From: Nemertoderma westbladi | Taxonomy: Eukaryota; Animalia; Xenacoelomorpha | DNA length: 38,668 bases | Direction: 5' to 3' | NCBI GenBank assembly: GCA_032718475.1 | Contig: JAUCBJ010004937.1 | Location: forward strand, 1-38,668 | Part shown: positions 28,197 to 38,523 of the stretch, one piece after another | Layout of the letters: every line of letters starts with the position of its first letter | Position numbering within the stretch: position 1 is the stretch's first letter | Position numbers and translations under genes: made by a program | The notes under the pieces: generated by a model | Told to the model about the DNA's origin: nothing | What the model saw: only the letters and a program-made list of their open reading frames with translations | Databases searched by the model: none

Positions 28197-28801
28197 AAAT
28201 CTGTTCTTTTGTAAAACCGGTTCGTTACGGGGAATATTTCGATCGTCTCTGGACGGTTCGACGGTGTCCCAGATCGTCGGACCTTCGGGGACCTTCTCGC
28301 CGTCTGCACGTCGGAAACGCGACGCGGAAACCTTCTCCCCGACCTCGATGGCTGTGTCGCTGGTGATGGACCGGATCTACTGGACGAACGAAGCGAGCCA
28401 CTCGATCGAGTACTCGAGGTCCGATGGATCCGGGCGGACCACCCTTGTCGACAACCTTCCCTCCCCGAAGGCCCTCGCACTGTCCGCCAACGGTAGCGTC
28501 ATCTACTGGTCCGACGCGGTACTCAAACAAATCCTCACCGTCAGCACAGAAACACCGACGGCTCAACAAGTAGTTCTTACTCAATACGCGGCCACTATTG
28601 GTTTAATAGAAAGCGATAATGTATCCATAGCGACAGTAGCGTCCCGCTGCCGTTCCCATAACGGAGGTTGCGCTCAGTTCTGTTTCGATAGCGACGCGAG
28701 CGACGCAAGCGTTTGCGCATGCGCAACGGGGGAGGTTTCTGGGCTGCGTTGCGATATCCCGTCGGAGTATATCGCTTACACAACCGGAGATTCCATAGAA
28801 T
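28197..28801 (+). CDS. LRP2: LRP2-like exon: YWTD blades (DRIYWTN, VIYWSD) plus EGF-like domain (CRSHNGGCAQFC...CACATG...C)
   Basis: TTCTAG acceptor and T|GTGAGT donor. In frame with ORF 28264..28911. Canonical YWTD and NGGC-x2-C EGF motifs. Confidence 0.92.
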
Positions 28802-28869
28802 GTGAGTCACCGGAATGCTATGTACGCGAGTTTGTAAATATAGTGAGCTGTTACTATAATGTTGCGAGA

Positions 28870-29104
28870 CAGAGGGGGAAACTGGACGCAAAACCCGCCT
28901 TGGCGAATTAATATCCCGCCTCAATGTTAAATTCTCAATTTAGGGAAAGGAGCATTTTACAGCGGCACGTTATTTTAACAAAAACAATAAACTAAACACA
29001 ATGCTACGGTTTTATTATTGAGAGTAATCATCTGTTATTTGCGTCCAATTTCACCTGGAGAGGGATGGATTTTTATTGCGTCCAGTCCCCCCCCCCCCTA
29101 TCTG
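28870..29104. mobile_element. Putative MITE-like element with imperfect terminal inverted repeats
   Basis: Left end CAGAGGGGGAAACTGGACGCAAAA. The reverse complement of the right end is CAGATAG(G)nACTGGACGCAATAAAA. Non-coding AT-rich interior. No clear target-site duplication. Confidence 0.5.
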
Positions 29105-29486
29105 AATGTTGCACATCTTCATCTTTCATCGCATACCGATATCTGCGTCTTCTGTCAATAAATCATTACTTAACTAAATAAATAAAGCTCAAGGCTAATT
29201 CTCCCGTCCTCAATTAAACGATATCACTATATTAACTTGTAAGGCTTTTTATTAATTTCGTTTCGTTTATTTTTACTTTTCTGTTGTTGGTGTGTTTCAG
29301 TATTACTTTTGTAATTTCGTTGACTATTAATTAATGACAACCATTATCTCTATGCTCAACCCCGAAGAGGGTTTCTAATAAATTAAATTTAGATCAACTT
29401 TCAATAAAAATGAATAAACCCGGTTCAATTTTATATTAAATCAATAAGCGATATTTTTTTATTACAATCTTGACTTTCCATTTCAG

Positions 29487-29693
29487 CTTTTACCTACAGT
29501 GGAGAGAATGCAACTTCAACTCCCATTCCTAAGATCACAGGTCTACAGGGAGCCACTAACCTCGCATACGATGTCGCCAACAGGTTACTTTATTTCACTC
29601 AAGGGAGTTACAAAGCGGGAATATATTACTTCCACCTGGACTCCAATGATATCACTACCGTCTATAAGGATTCCAATCTCACCAGGATATCAG
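29487..29693 (+). CDS. LRP2: LRP2-like exon, start of the second propeller (SFTYSGENATSTPIPKITGLQGATNLAYDVANRLLYFTQG...)
   Basis: TTTCAG acceptor and G|GTAATA donor. Phase 1/1. LAYD...LLYFTQ motif. Confidence 0.88.
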
Positions 29694-29972
29694 GTAATAT
29701 AAATCTATAATATTTAATAATTAATTAATAATATCATTTTTTTATTTATTTATATTATTTTTCTGAATATTTTATAATCAAAAGTGCTGTCAATACACTT
29801 TTCAAACGCACACAAAGCCGTGAATAATAGTTCAAATGTCTGAAATTTATACACAAGCCACATTGATATTTACCAAAACCAAAAACGTTACAATGTCAGA
29901 ATAATATTAGTAGCGCTGTAGGGTATAGGTATACTAATGGCTCGCAGCGCTAACCTATTCCTCTCACTACAG

Positions 29973-30253
29973 CCATCGCTTACGACTACCACCACCATCG
30001 GCTCTACTTCTACCACACCGCAATCGAAGCCATCTGTATGGTCAACGCATTAGCCAATGAGAACAGCTACATCGTGGTTGCCAGGGTGACGGAGAAGGTC
30101 CGCAGTCTGGTGCTGGACCCGTGCCACGGCTACATGTACTGGTCCCAGGGGACAGGGAACCGTGGTAGGGTTGTCCGTAGTAATCTCAGTGGCAGACAAC
30201 GGTTCGATGTTATTACAGGTGTAGACGTACACGGATTGGCCCTGGACTACTTG
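29973..30253 (+). CDS. LRP2: LRP2-like exon (AIAYDYHHHRLYFY...VVARVTEKVRSLVLDPCHGYMYWS...GLALDYL)
   Basis: CTAAC...CTACAG acceptor and GTAAGT donor. Phase 1/0. VARV...VLDPCxGYxYW is a megalin-characteristic motif as I recall it. Confidence 0.92.
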
Positions 30254-30645
30254 GTAAGTTATTGCCGAGGGTAACTTAATGATTCATAGACCATAGAAAT
30301 TATTTAGTAATACTTTTTTTAATGCGTTTTAAAGTTTTAGATTTTTTACATTTATTATATATAAAACTGATGTTTTGTATGTTCTGCATAATGGTACGAA
30401 CTTCATCAGCGGTAATATTATTCAACATTTTTTTCGCGTCAATTGAAGCGTTTAGGTAGAGAAAGGGAGTGTAACTTGGAGTATAAATTATTCCTAGAAT
30501 CTTAAGGCTTTTTAAATTACATTTAGTATATAATCACCTGTGATGTCGTAATATTTAACCTTCAATGTAATTAGTATGATAATTATAGATTTACTTTCTA
30601 GAACACAGGTGATAATTAATTCTTACATTTATCCGCAACCCACAG

Positions 30646-30849
30646 GATAGCCGTTTATACTTCACTAACTCAGCAGAACAACAGATTGAGTACATTAACC
30701 TGAACACTTCTAGTCATCAGCGGTTCATTGTGAACCAGGGCATGAGTTACCGAGGGATTGGTATCCACGGAGACAGACTCTTCTTCTACGACCAGCTGAA
30801 TTTCCATATCTACACGACCTTAAAAGGGAACGGGCAGGATTTCCTACAG
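30646..30849 (+). CDS. LRP2: LRP2-like exon (DSRLYFTNSAEQQIEYINL...GIGIHGDRLFFYD...GNGQDFLQ)
   Basis: CACAG acceptor and CAG|GTGTGT donor. 204 nt, open frame, phase 0/0. Confidence 0.88.
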
Positions 30850-30980
30850 GTGTGTAATAAGAGACATTAACAGGGAATTAAATTATATTTTATTTATAAA
30901 GTCAATATACTGACTTTACCACATGCTAATTTTATTTCATTCTGTATTTCATTCAGTTGTATTACTATATTTCCCCATAG

Positions 30981-31156
30981 ATGACCAGGAACCCCGTCTA
31001 CATGTACAATTTTGTCGCGGTTTCCGCCGAATCTCAGATCTGCCAGGCGACGGCTTGTGACGTCACCAACGGGTACTGCAGTCACGTCTGTCACCCCGGA
31101 CCCAACGGTGTGGCTGAATGTTCCTGTCCCAACGATGAATCTCAGAAACATCTTTA
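30981..31156 (+). CDS. LRP2: LRP2-like exon, EGF-like domain (CDVTNGYCSHVCHPGPNGVAECSCP)
   Basis: CCCCATAG acceptor and TA|GTAAGT donor. Phase 0/2. CSHxCxPGPNG-AECxCP matches the megalin EGF before the third LDLa cluster (recall). Confidence 0.9.
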
Positions 31157-31328
31157 GTAAGTTACACCACCACACTGGTGTCGCTACACTATTAATTGTA
31201 ATATATTATTAATAATTACATTATATTATTAATATTAATATTATTAATTAAATTATTAATATTATTATTAAATTATATTATTATACATTAATTACATTAT
31301 AGAATTAATTGGTAAGATATAGGATTGG

Positions 31329-32249
31329 TTAAGTTTTGTAGAACTCCATAACGGCCTGTTTAATCCTGGCTATTTCCCCCGGTCCCACCCTACAGCAGCC
31401 GCCCACCCACCCCACACCCCTACCCACCCACTCCCCAACCCACTCCTCTATCGCTCTACCCGCCCCACCCCGTCCGGCCGCATACCAGCGCGTCGTGGGG
31501 TCCCAGTCCTCGCCGCTGTTGGGGTAAACCCCGAACCGTTGGTTCGAACCCAGTAGCCCCTGTGCGGAATCCAGTAGCGGGGAAATAAACTCAGGGGCCG
31601 TACAGTTGATACCAACGATGGATACATTGGGGAGCTTACTAACTAGGGTAACAAAATCACAGAATCGATCCCCATTCACTAAATGCAATCCGTCTTTACA
31701 CGATACGCTTACAAGAGCTTTAACATTCGGTTGTTCTGCTATAAGAGTAAATAGGGAGTTGCATTCCTTGATGCTGGGAATGGTTTCGCACGCGATCAAA
31801 TCAATTTCGTTGTTGATCATGGCAGTGAATCTCGGTCGGTGCCATTCCGTTAACTCGTCCGTGGTCATAGATTCGGCGTAGGTGCCCGTGTACTCGGATC
31901 CGTCGCAGAGACAGGCGCCGTAGGGGCCTATAGACCCGGCGACCAGCACACTCTCGTTAGCAACACTCTCCCTAGCAACCCGTACTGCGCGACCCACCAC
32001 TTCGTCCACGGTTAACTCGTTCTGTTCCGCCCCGAGGTGGTTCCGCAGTAGCGCCTCGCTCAACTGGTACGTTACCGTGGATATCAGCTGACTGCCCGCG
32101 GCTACGTAGTCCTTGTAGACGCGTTTCAGTGTATCCCCCTGCCCGTTTATAACGACGTTGGTTGACCAGAGCGGAGTCCCGTAGATCGCACAGCCTCTCG
32201 CCTGTAACTCCGAACCCAACCCACCGCTTAGAATCCGACACGGGGTCAT
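31329..32249 (-). CDS. mmuM: Homocysteine S-methyltransferase (MmuM/HMT family), 306 aa, no introns in the CDS, nested antisense in an LRP2-like intron
   Basis: Family motifs GGLGSEL, PLWS, AG..IST.TYQ, GSIGPYGA.L.DGSEY.G.Y, ETIP, GINC, YPNSGE and GGCC (Zn-binding cysteines). Typical length for the family. Confidence 0.95.
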   Translation of the reverse strand: MTPCRILSGGLGSELQARGCAIYGTPLWSTNVVINGQGDTLKRVYKDYVAAGSQLISTVTYQLSEALLRNHLGAEQNELTVDEVVGRAVRVARESVANESVLVAGSIGPYGACLCDGSEYTGTYAESMTTDELTEWHRPRFTAMINNEIDLIACETIPSIKECNSLFTLIAEQPNVKALVSVSCKDGLHLVNGDRFCDFVTLVSKLPNVSIVGINCTAPEFISPLLDSAQGLLGSNQRFGVYPNSGEDWDPTTRWYAAGRGGAGRAIEEWVGEWVGRGVGWVGGCCRVGPGEIARIKQAVMEFYKT

Positions 32250-32261
32250 CGTGACTCGTAG

Positions 32262-32300
32262 CTGGTAACGTTAGCAACCACCAAAAAAACAATCAAATAA
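32262..32300 (-). other. Candidate splice or trans-splice acceptor 12 nt upstream of the HMT ATG
   Basis: The minus strand reads TTATTTGATTGTTTTTTTGGTGGTT-GCTAAC-GTTAC-CAG|CTACGAGTCACG-ATG: T-rich tract, branch-point consensus, CAG. Confidence 0.45.
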
Positions 32301-32317
32301 TAATTTTTGCCGGTACC

Positions 32318-32329
32318 GTTGCCGGTAAC
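32318..32329. promoter_or_regulatory. RFX X-box-like motif GTTGCCGGTAAC upstream of the HMT gene
   Basis: Matches GTNRCC(N0-3)RGYAAC, about 70 nt upstream of the ATG. Motif match only. Confidence 0.3.
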
Positions 32330-32496
32330 TGATAGTAGTTATCTGACAGGGATCTGGAATTATCCTCATGAAAATATATTTAAATATCCCTCCAATCCTA
32401 TAAGTTTCTTGAGTTACTAATTTTAGCCAATAAGGTTTCACCAGGTTCAACCATTTTACCAGCTCAAATTGTTGGAGCCACTAAGTCAGTGGGCAT

Positions 32497-32617
32497 TAGC
32501 ACGCAGATTTTTTTTTATAATTTATAAAGGAAACGAATGGGCAAACAGGGCGAGCCCTATATCCTGCCCATATATATTATGGTGTAGTAGTAGTATAATG
32601 TAGAATATAGCACGCAG
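32497..32617 (-). mobile_element. About 100-bp probable retroposed insertion flanked by a 10-bp direct repeat
   Basis: TAGCACGCAG at 32497-32506 and 32608-32617. A T9 run lies beside the left copy (A-tail on the minus strand). Internal hairpin ATGGGCA...TGCCCAT. Confidence 0.5.
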
Positions 32618-33122
32618 TTTAGTGCGAACGTAGTGAATGTCTGCACAAATTCAAATATGTTCTTCCAATGTTTCACAATTGGTGTGAACATATAGTTTGT
32701 ACATTGTGGTCTATAATGCTCATTGGCCTATACGACTTAGACGAGTTAGCGTCAAATCCCCACAGCATATTCACCATTTCTTACTTTCATGTGTTACTCG
32801 TGGTGGGTGTGTCTGTAAATAAAGGTAAATAACCGCACCCACACTCGACTTTATTTTCACTTTTCTTCGATTTTTTATTATAGGTTGTATAGTTATATAA
32901 AGTGTGCAAGCTAGTCGTGGGTTTTAGTGATTCCTTTTAATAGATTCACGTGTTCATGTTTATAAATAAATGGCACTTGGATCTAATTAATTAATCATTC
33001 ATAATTGAACTGTAATCTTATTTTTATTTTGGAGCCAAACAAACAAAATACTGGCGATACTTTTCTTCTATAGCGTTTCTGTATAACTGTATACTTTTAA
33101 TAAATGCCTTTTTTACTTTCAG

Positions 33123-33286
33123 TTTAACGAACAGTAACCGTATGTGCGTGGAGAGGCTGTTGGACTGCTCACACGACGCAAGTCGATTTACTTGTAGAAA
33201 TGCGGAGAAGTGCATCCCGGTTGACTGGGTCTGTGACAACGTGACACATTGCACAGATGGTTCGGATGAAGACGAGGTATTCTGTG
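33123..33286 (+). CDS. LRP2: LRP2-like exon: end of EGF and first LDLa repeat (FTCRNAEKCIPVDWVCDNVTHCTDGSDEDEVFC)
   Basis: TTTCAG acceptor and G|GTGAGT donor. Phase 2/1. LDLa cysteine pattern and DGSDE. Confidence 0.93.
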
Positions 33287-33389
33287 GTGAGTTTATGTGT
33301 ATCTTAAAATCCCTTAACCCCTTCCCCTCGTCTCTGAGGGACACAGGTATCTCACATACTTCTCAGTTGAGATCTACAACTGTGACCCC

Positions 33390-36300
33390 TAACCTTTCAT
33401 TATCTCCCCCCACTCAGCTCTCCCAACCTGCTGTATTTAACCTTTCATTATCTCCCCCACTCAGCTCTCCCAACCTGCTGTCTTTAACCTTTCATTATCT
33501 CCCCCACTCAGCTCTCCCAACCTGCTGTCTTTAACCTTTCATTATCTCCCCCACTCAGCTCTCCCAGACTGTTGTCTTTAACCTTTCATTATCTCCCCCA
33601 CTCAGCTCTCCCAACCTGCTCTATTTAACCTTTCATTATCTCCCCCACTCAGCTCTCCCAACCTGCTCTATTTAACCTTTCATTATCTCCCCCACTCAGC
33701 TCTCCCAACCTGCTGTATTTAACCTTTCATTATCTCCCCCACTCAGCTCTCCCAACCTGCTGTCTTTAACCTTTCATTATCTCCCCCACTCAGCTCTCCC
33801 AACCTGCTGTCTTTAACCTTTCATTGTCTCCCCCACTCAGCTCTCCCAACCTGCTGTCTTTAACCTTTCATTATCTCCTCCACTCAGCTCTCCCAACCTG
33901 CTGTCTTTAACCTTTCATTATCTCCCCCACTCAGCTCTCCCAACCTGCTGTCTTTAACCTTTCATTATCTCCCCCACTCAGCTCTCCCAACCTGCTGTCT
34001 TTAACCTTTCATTATCTCCCCCACTCAGCTCTCCCAACCTGCTGTCTTTAACCTTTCATTATCTCCCCCACTCAGCTCTCCCAACCTGCTGTCTTTAACC
34101 TTTCATTATCTCCCCCACTCAGCTCTCCCAACCTTCTATCTTTAACCTTTCATTATCTCCCCCACTCAGCTCTCCCAACCTGCTCTATTTAACCTTTCAT
34201 TATCTCCCCCACTCAGCTCTCCCAACCTGCTGTATTTAACCTTTCATTATCTCCCCCACTCAGCTCTCCCAACCTGCTGTCTTTAACCTTTCATTATCTC
34301 CCCCACTCAGCTCTCCCAACCTGCTGTCTTTAACCTTTCATTGTCTCCCCCACTCAGCTCTCCCAACCTGCTGTCTTTAACCTTTCATTATCTCCCCCAC
34401 TCAGCTCTCCCAACCTGCTGTCTTTAACCTTTCATTATCTCCCCCACTCAGCTCTCCCAACCTGCTGTATTTAACCTTTCATTATCTCCCCCACTCAGCT
34501 CTCCCAACCTGCTGTCTTTAACCTTTCATTATCTCCCCCACTCAGCTCTCCCAACCTGCTGTCTTTAACCTTTCATTGTCTCCCCCACTCAGCTCTCCCA
34601 ACCTGCTGTCTTTAACCTTTCATTATCTCCCCCACTCAGCTCTCCCAACCTGCTGTCTTTAACCTTTCATTATCTCCCCCACTCAGCTCTCCCAACCTGC
34701 TGTCTTTAACCTTTCATTATCTCCCCCACTCAGCTCTCCCAACCTGCTGTCTTTAACCTTTCATTATCTCCCCCACTCAGCTCTCCCAACCTGCTGTATT
34801 TAACCTTTCATTATCTCCCCCACTCAGCTCTCCCAACCTGCTGTCTTTAACCTTTCATTATCTCCCCCACTCAGCTCTCCCAACCTGCTGTCTTTAACCT
34901 TTCATTGTCTCCCCCACTCAGCTCTCCCAACCTGCTGTCTTTAACCTTTCATTATCTCCCCCACTCAGCTCTCCCAACCTGCTGTCTTTAACCTTTCATT
35001 ATCTCCCCCACTCAGCTCTCCCAACCTGCTGTCTTTAACCTTTCATTGTCTCCCCCACTCAGCTCTCCCAACCTGCTGTCTTTAACCTTTCATTATCTCC
35101 CCCACTCAGCTCTCCCAACCTGCTGTCTTTAACCATTCATTATCTCCCCCACTCAGCTCTCCCAACCTGCTCTATTTAACCTTTCATTATCTCCCCCACT
35201 CAGCTCTCCCAACCTGCTGTCTTTAACCTTTCATTATCTCCCCCACTCAGCTCTCCCAACCTGCTGTCTTTAACCTTTCATTATCTCCCCCACTCAGCTC
35301 TCCCAACCTTCTATCTTTAACCTTTCATTATCTCCCCCACTCAGCTCTCCCAACCTGCTCTATTTAACCTTTCATTATCTCCCCCACTCAGCTCTCCCAA
35401 CCTGCTGTATTTAACCTTTCATTATCTCCCCCACTCAGCTCTCCCAACCTGCTGTCTTTAACCTTTCATTATCTCCCCCACTCAGCTCTCCCAACCTGCT
35501 GTCTTTAACCTTTCATTGTCTCCCCCACTCAGCTCTCCCAACCTGCTGTCTTTAACCTTTCATTATCTCCCCCACTCAGCTCTCCCAACCTGCTGTCTTT
35601 AACCTTTCATTATCTCCCCCACTCAGCTCTCCCAACCTGCTGTATTTAACCTTTCATTATCTCCCCCAATCAGCTCTCCCAACCTGCTGTCTTTAACCTT
35701 TCATTATCTCCCCCACTCAGCTCTCCCAACCTGCTGTCTTTAACCTTTCATTGTCTCCCCCACTCAGCTCTCCCAACCTGCTGTCTTTAACCTTTCATTA
35801 TCTCCCCCACTCAGCTCTCCCAACCTGCTGTCTTTAACCTTTCATTATCTCCCCCACTCAGCTCTCCCAACCTGCTGTCTTTAACCTTTCATTATCTCCC
35901 CCACTCAGCTCTCCCAACCTGCTGTCTTTAACCTTTCATTATCTCCCCCACTCAGCTCTCCCAACCTGCTGTCTTTAACCTTTCATTATCTCCCCCACTC
36001 AGCTCTCCCGGCCTGCTGTCTTTAACCATTCATTATCTCCCCCACTCAGCTCTCCCAACCTGCTGTCTTTAACCTTTCATTATCTCCCCCACTCAGCTCT
36101 CCCAACCTGCTGTCTTTAACCTTTCATTGTCTCCCCCACTCAGCTCTCCCAACCTGCTGTCTTTAACCTTTCATTATCTCCCCCACTCAGCTCTCCCAAC
36201 CTGCTGTCTTTAACCTTTCATTATCTCCCCCACTCAGCTCTCCCAACCTGCTGTCTTTAACCTTTCATTATCTCCCCCACTCAGCTCTCCCAACCTGCTG

Positions 36301-37978
36301 TCTTTAACCTTTCATTATCTCCCCCACTCAGCTCTCCCAACCTGCTGTCTTTAACCTTTCATTATCTCCCCCACTCAGCTCTCCCAACCTGCTGTCTTTA
36401 ACCTTTCATTGTCTCCCCCACTCAGCTCTCCCAACCTGCTGTCTTTAACCTTTCATTATCTCCCCCACTCAGCTCTCCCAACCTTCTATCTTTAACCTTT
36501 CATTATCTCCCCCACTCAGCTCTCCCAACCTGCTGTCTTTAACCTTTCATTATCTCCCCCACTCAGCTCTCCCAACCTGCTGTCTTTAACCTTTCATTAT
36601 CTCCCCCACTCAGCTCTCCCAACCTTCTATCTTTAACCTTTCATTATCTCCCCCACTCAGCTCTCCCAACCTGCTGTCTTTAACCTTTCATTATCTCCCC
36701 CACTCAGCTCTCCCAACCTGCTGTCTTTAACCTTTCATTATCTCCCCCACTCAGCTCTCCCAACCTGCTGTCTTTAACCTTTCATTATCTCCCCCACTCA
36801 GCTCTCCCAACCTGCTGTCTTTAACCTTTCATTATCTCCCCCACTCAGCTCTCCCAACCTTCTATCTTTAACCTTTCATTATCTCCCCCACTCAGCTCTC
36901 CCAACCTGCTGTCTTTAACCTTTCATTATCTCCCCCACTCAGCTCTCCCAACCTGCTGTCTTTAACCTTTCATTATCTCCCCCACTCAGCTCTCCCAACC
37001 TGCTGTCTTTAACCTTTCATTATCTCCCCCACTCAGCTCTCCCAACCTGCTGTCTTTAACCTTTCATTATCTCCCCCACTCAGCTCTCCCAACCTGCTGT
37101 CTTTAACCTTTCATTATCTCCCCCACTCAGCTCTCCCAACCTGCTGTCTTTAACCTTTCATTATCTCCCCCACTCAGCTCTCCCAACCTGCTGTCTTTAA
37201 CCTTTCATTATCTCCCCCACTCAGCTCTCCCAACCTGCTGTCTTTAACCTTTCATTATCTCCCCCACTCAGCTCTCCCAACCTGCTGTATTTAACCTTTC
37301 ATTATCTCCCCCACTCAGCTCTCCCAACCTGCTGTCTTTAACCTTTCATTATCTCCCCCACTCAGCTCTCCCAACCTGCTGTCTTTAACCTTTCATTATC
37401 TCCCCCACTCAGCTCTCCCAACCTGCTGTCTTTAACCTTTCATTATCTCCCCCACTCAGCTCTCCCAACCTGCTGTCTTTAACCTTTCATTATCTCCCCC
37501 ACTCAGCTCTCCCAACCTGCTGTCTTTAACCTTTCATTATCTCCCCCACTCAGCTCTCCCAACCTGCTGTCTTTAACCTTTCATTATCTCCCCCACTCAG
37601 CTCTCCCAACCTGCTGTCTTTAACCTTTCATTATCTCCCCCACTCAGCTCTCCCAACCTGCTGTCTTTAACCTTTCATTGTCTCCCCCACTCAGCTCTCC
37701 CAACCTTCTATCTTTAACCTTTCATTATCTCCCCCACTCAGCTCTCCCAACCTGCTGTCTTTAACCTTTCATTATCTCCCCCACTCAGCTCTCCCAACCT
37801 GCTGTCTTTAACCTTTCATTGTCTCCCCCACTCAGCTCCCCCAGCCTGCTGTCTTTAACCTTTCATTATCTCCCCCACTCAGCTCTCCCAACCTGCTGTC
37901 TTTAACCTTTCATTATCTCCCCCACTCAGCTCTCCCAACCTGCTGTCTTTAACCTTTCATTATCTCCCCCACTCAGCT
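33390..37978 (+). repeat. Intronic minisatellite 3: 47-bp pyrimidine-rich unit CTCTCCCAACCTGCTGTCTTTAACCTTTCATTATCTCCCCCACTCAG, about 97 copies
   Basis: Unit read directly and highly homogeneous. The final copy supplies the acceptor of the 37977 exon. Confidence 0.98.
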
Positions 37979-38125
37979 GACCATGTCTGCGGCCCCGGTA
38001 TGTTTACCTGCGCTAACGGTCGCTGCACCTTGGAAACTTTTCAATGTGACCATGATGACGATTGCAGAGATAATTCAGATGAAATCGCGTGTAACTTCAC
38101 AGCCTGCGAACCCTATCAGTTCACG
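37977..38125 (+). CDS. LRP2: LRP2-like exon, LDLa repeat (ADHVCGPGMFTCANGRCTLETFQCDHDDDCRDNSDEIACNFTACEPYQFT)
   Basis: ACTCAG acceptor and ACG|GTTAGT donor. Phase 1/0. Canonical LDLa. Confidence 0.93.
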
Positions 38126-38309
38126 GTTAGTATTGAGTCAACAGTTTATCATTTTAACAGTTTAAAGAATTAATATTTCTATACGACAACATAAAAATAT
38201 TTAATATTTAATTGTCTTGAGTTGTATGATATACAGTATACACCTTATATGTTTTATAAATTGTTTATCTATTTTTTTACTTACTTCATTAATTGTTTAC
38301 TTCATGCAG

Positions 38310-38523
38310 TGCGCCAATCAGCGTTGCATACACAATGGATCGCGATGCGATGGCTTCGACCAATGTCGAGACGGGAACCACTCGGACGAGATTGGCTGCC
38401 CAATCGAACACGAGTGTCCCACTGGCCTGATCCGATGTCCCGGTGTCAATGTCTGTATCCATCGAGTGTGGCGATGCGACGGAGAGAATGACTGCGCCGA
38501 CGGATGGGACGAAGCTGAATGCG
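38310..38523 (+). CDS. LRP2: LRP2-like exon, LDLa repeats (CANQRCI...DGNHSDEIGC; CPTGLIRC...CDGENDCADGWDEAEC). The gene continues beyond the window.
   Basis: ATGCAG acceptor and G|GTAAGT donor. Phase 0/1. LDLa motifs. Confidence 0.93.

Noticed and set aside
28193-28924. Minus-strand ORFs overlapping the large exon
   Set aside because: Antisense shadows of a GC-rich coding exon.
30951-30980. Alternative acceptor ATTCAG at 30956
   Set aside because: It would include an in-frame TAG at 30978-30980.
31200-31310. AT-only stretch downstream of HMT
   Set aside because: Low-complexity sequence with no clear unit or structure.
31606-32292. ORFs 31606..31881 (+) and 31972..32292 (-)
   Set aside because: Alternative-frame or antisense shadows of the HMT CDS.
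1-37978. CRISPR-array interpretation of the repeats
   Set aside because: No unique spacers, no cas genes, and a spliced eukaryotic gene context.
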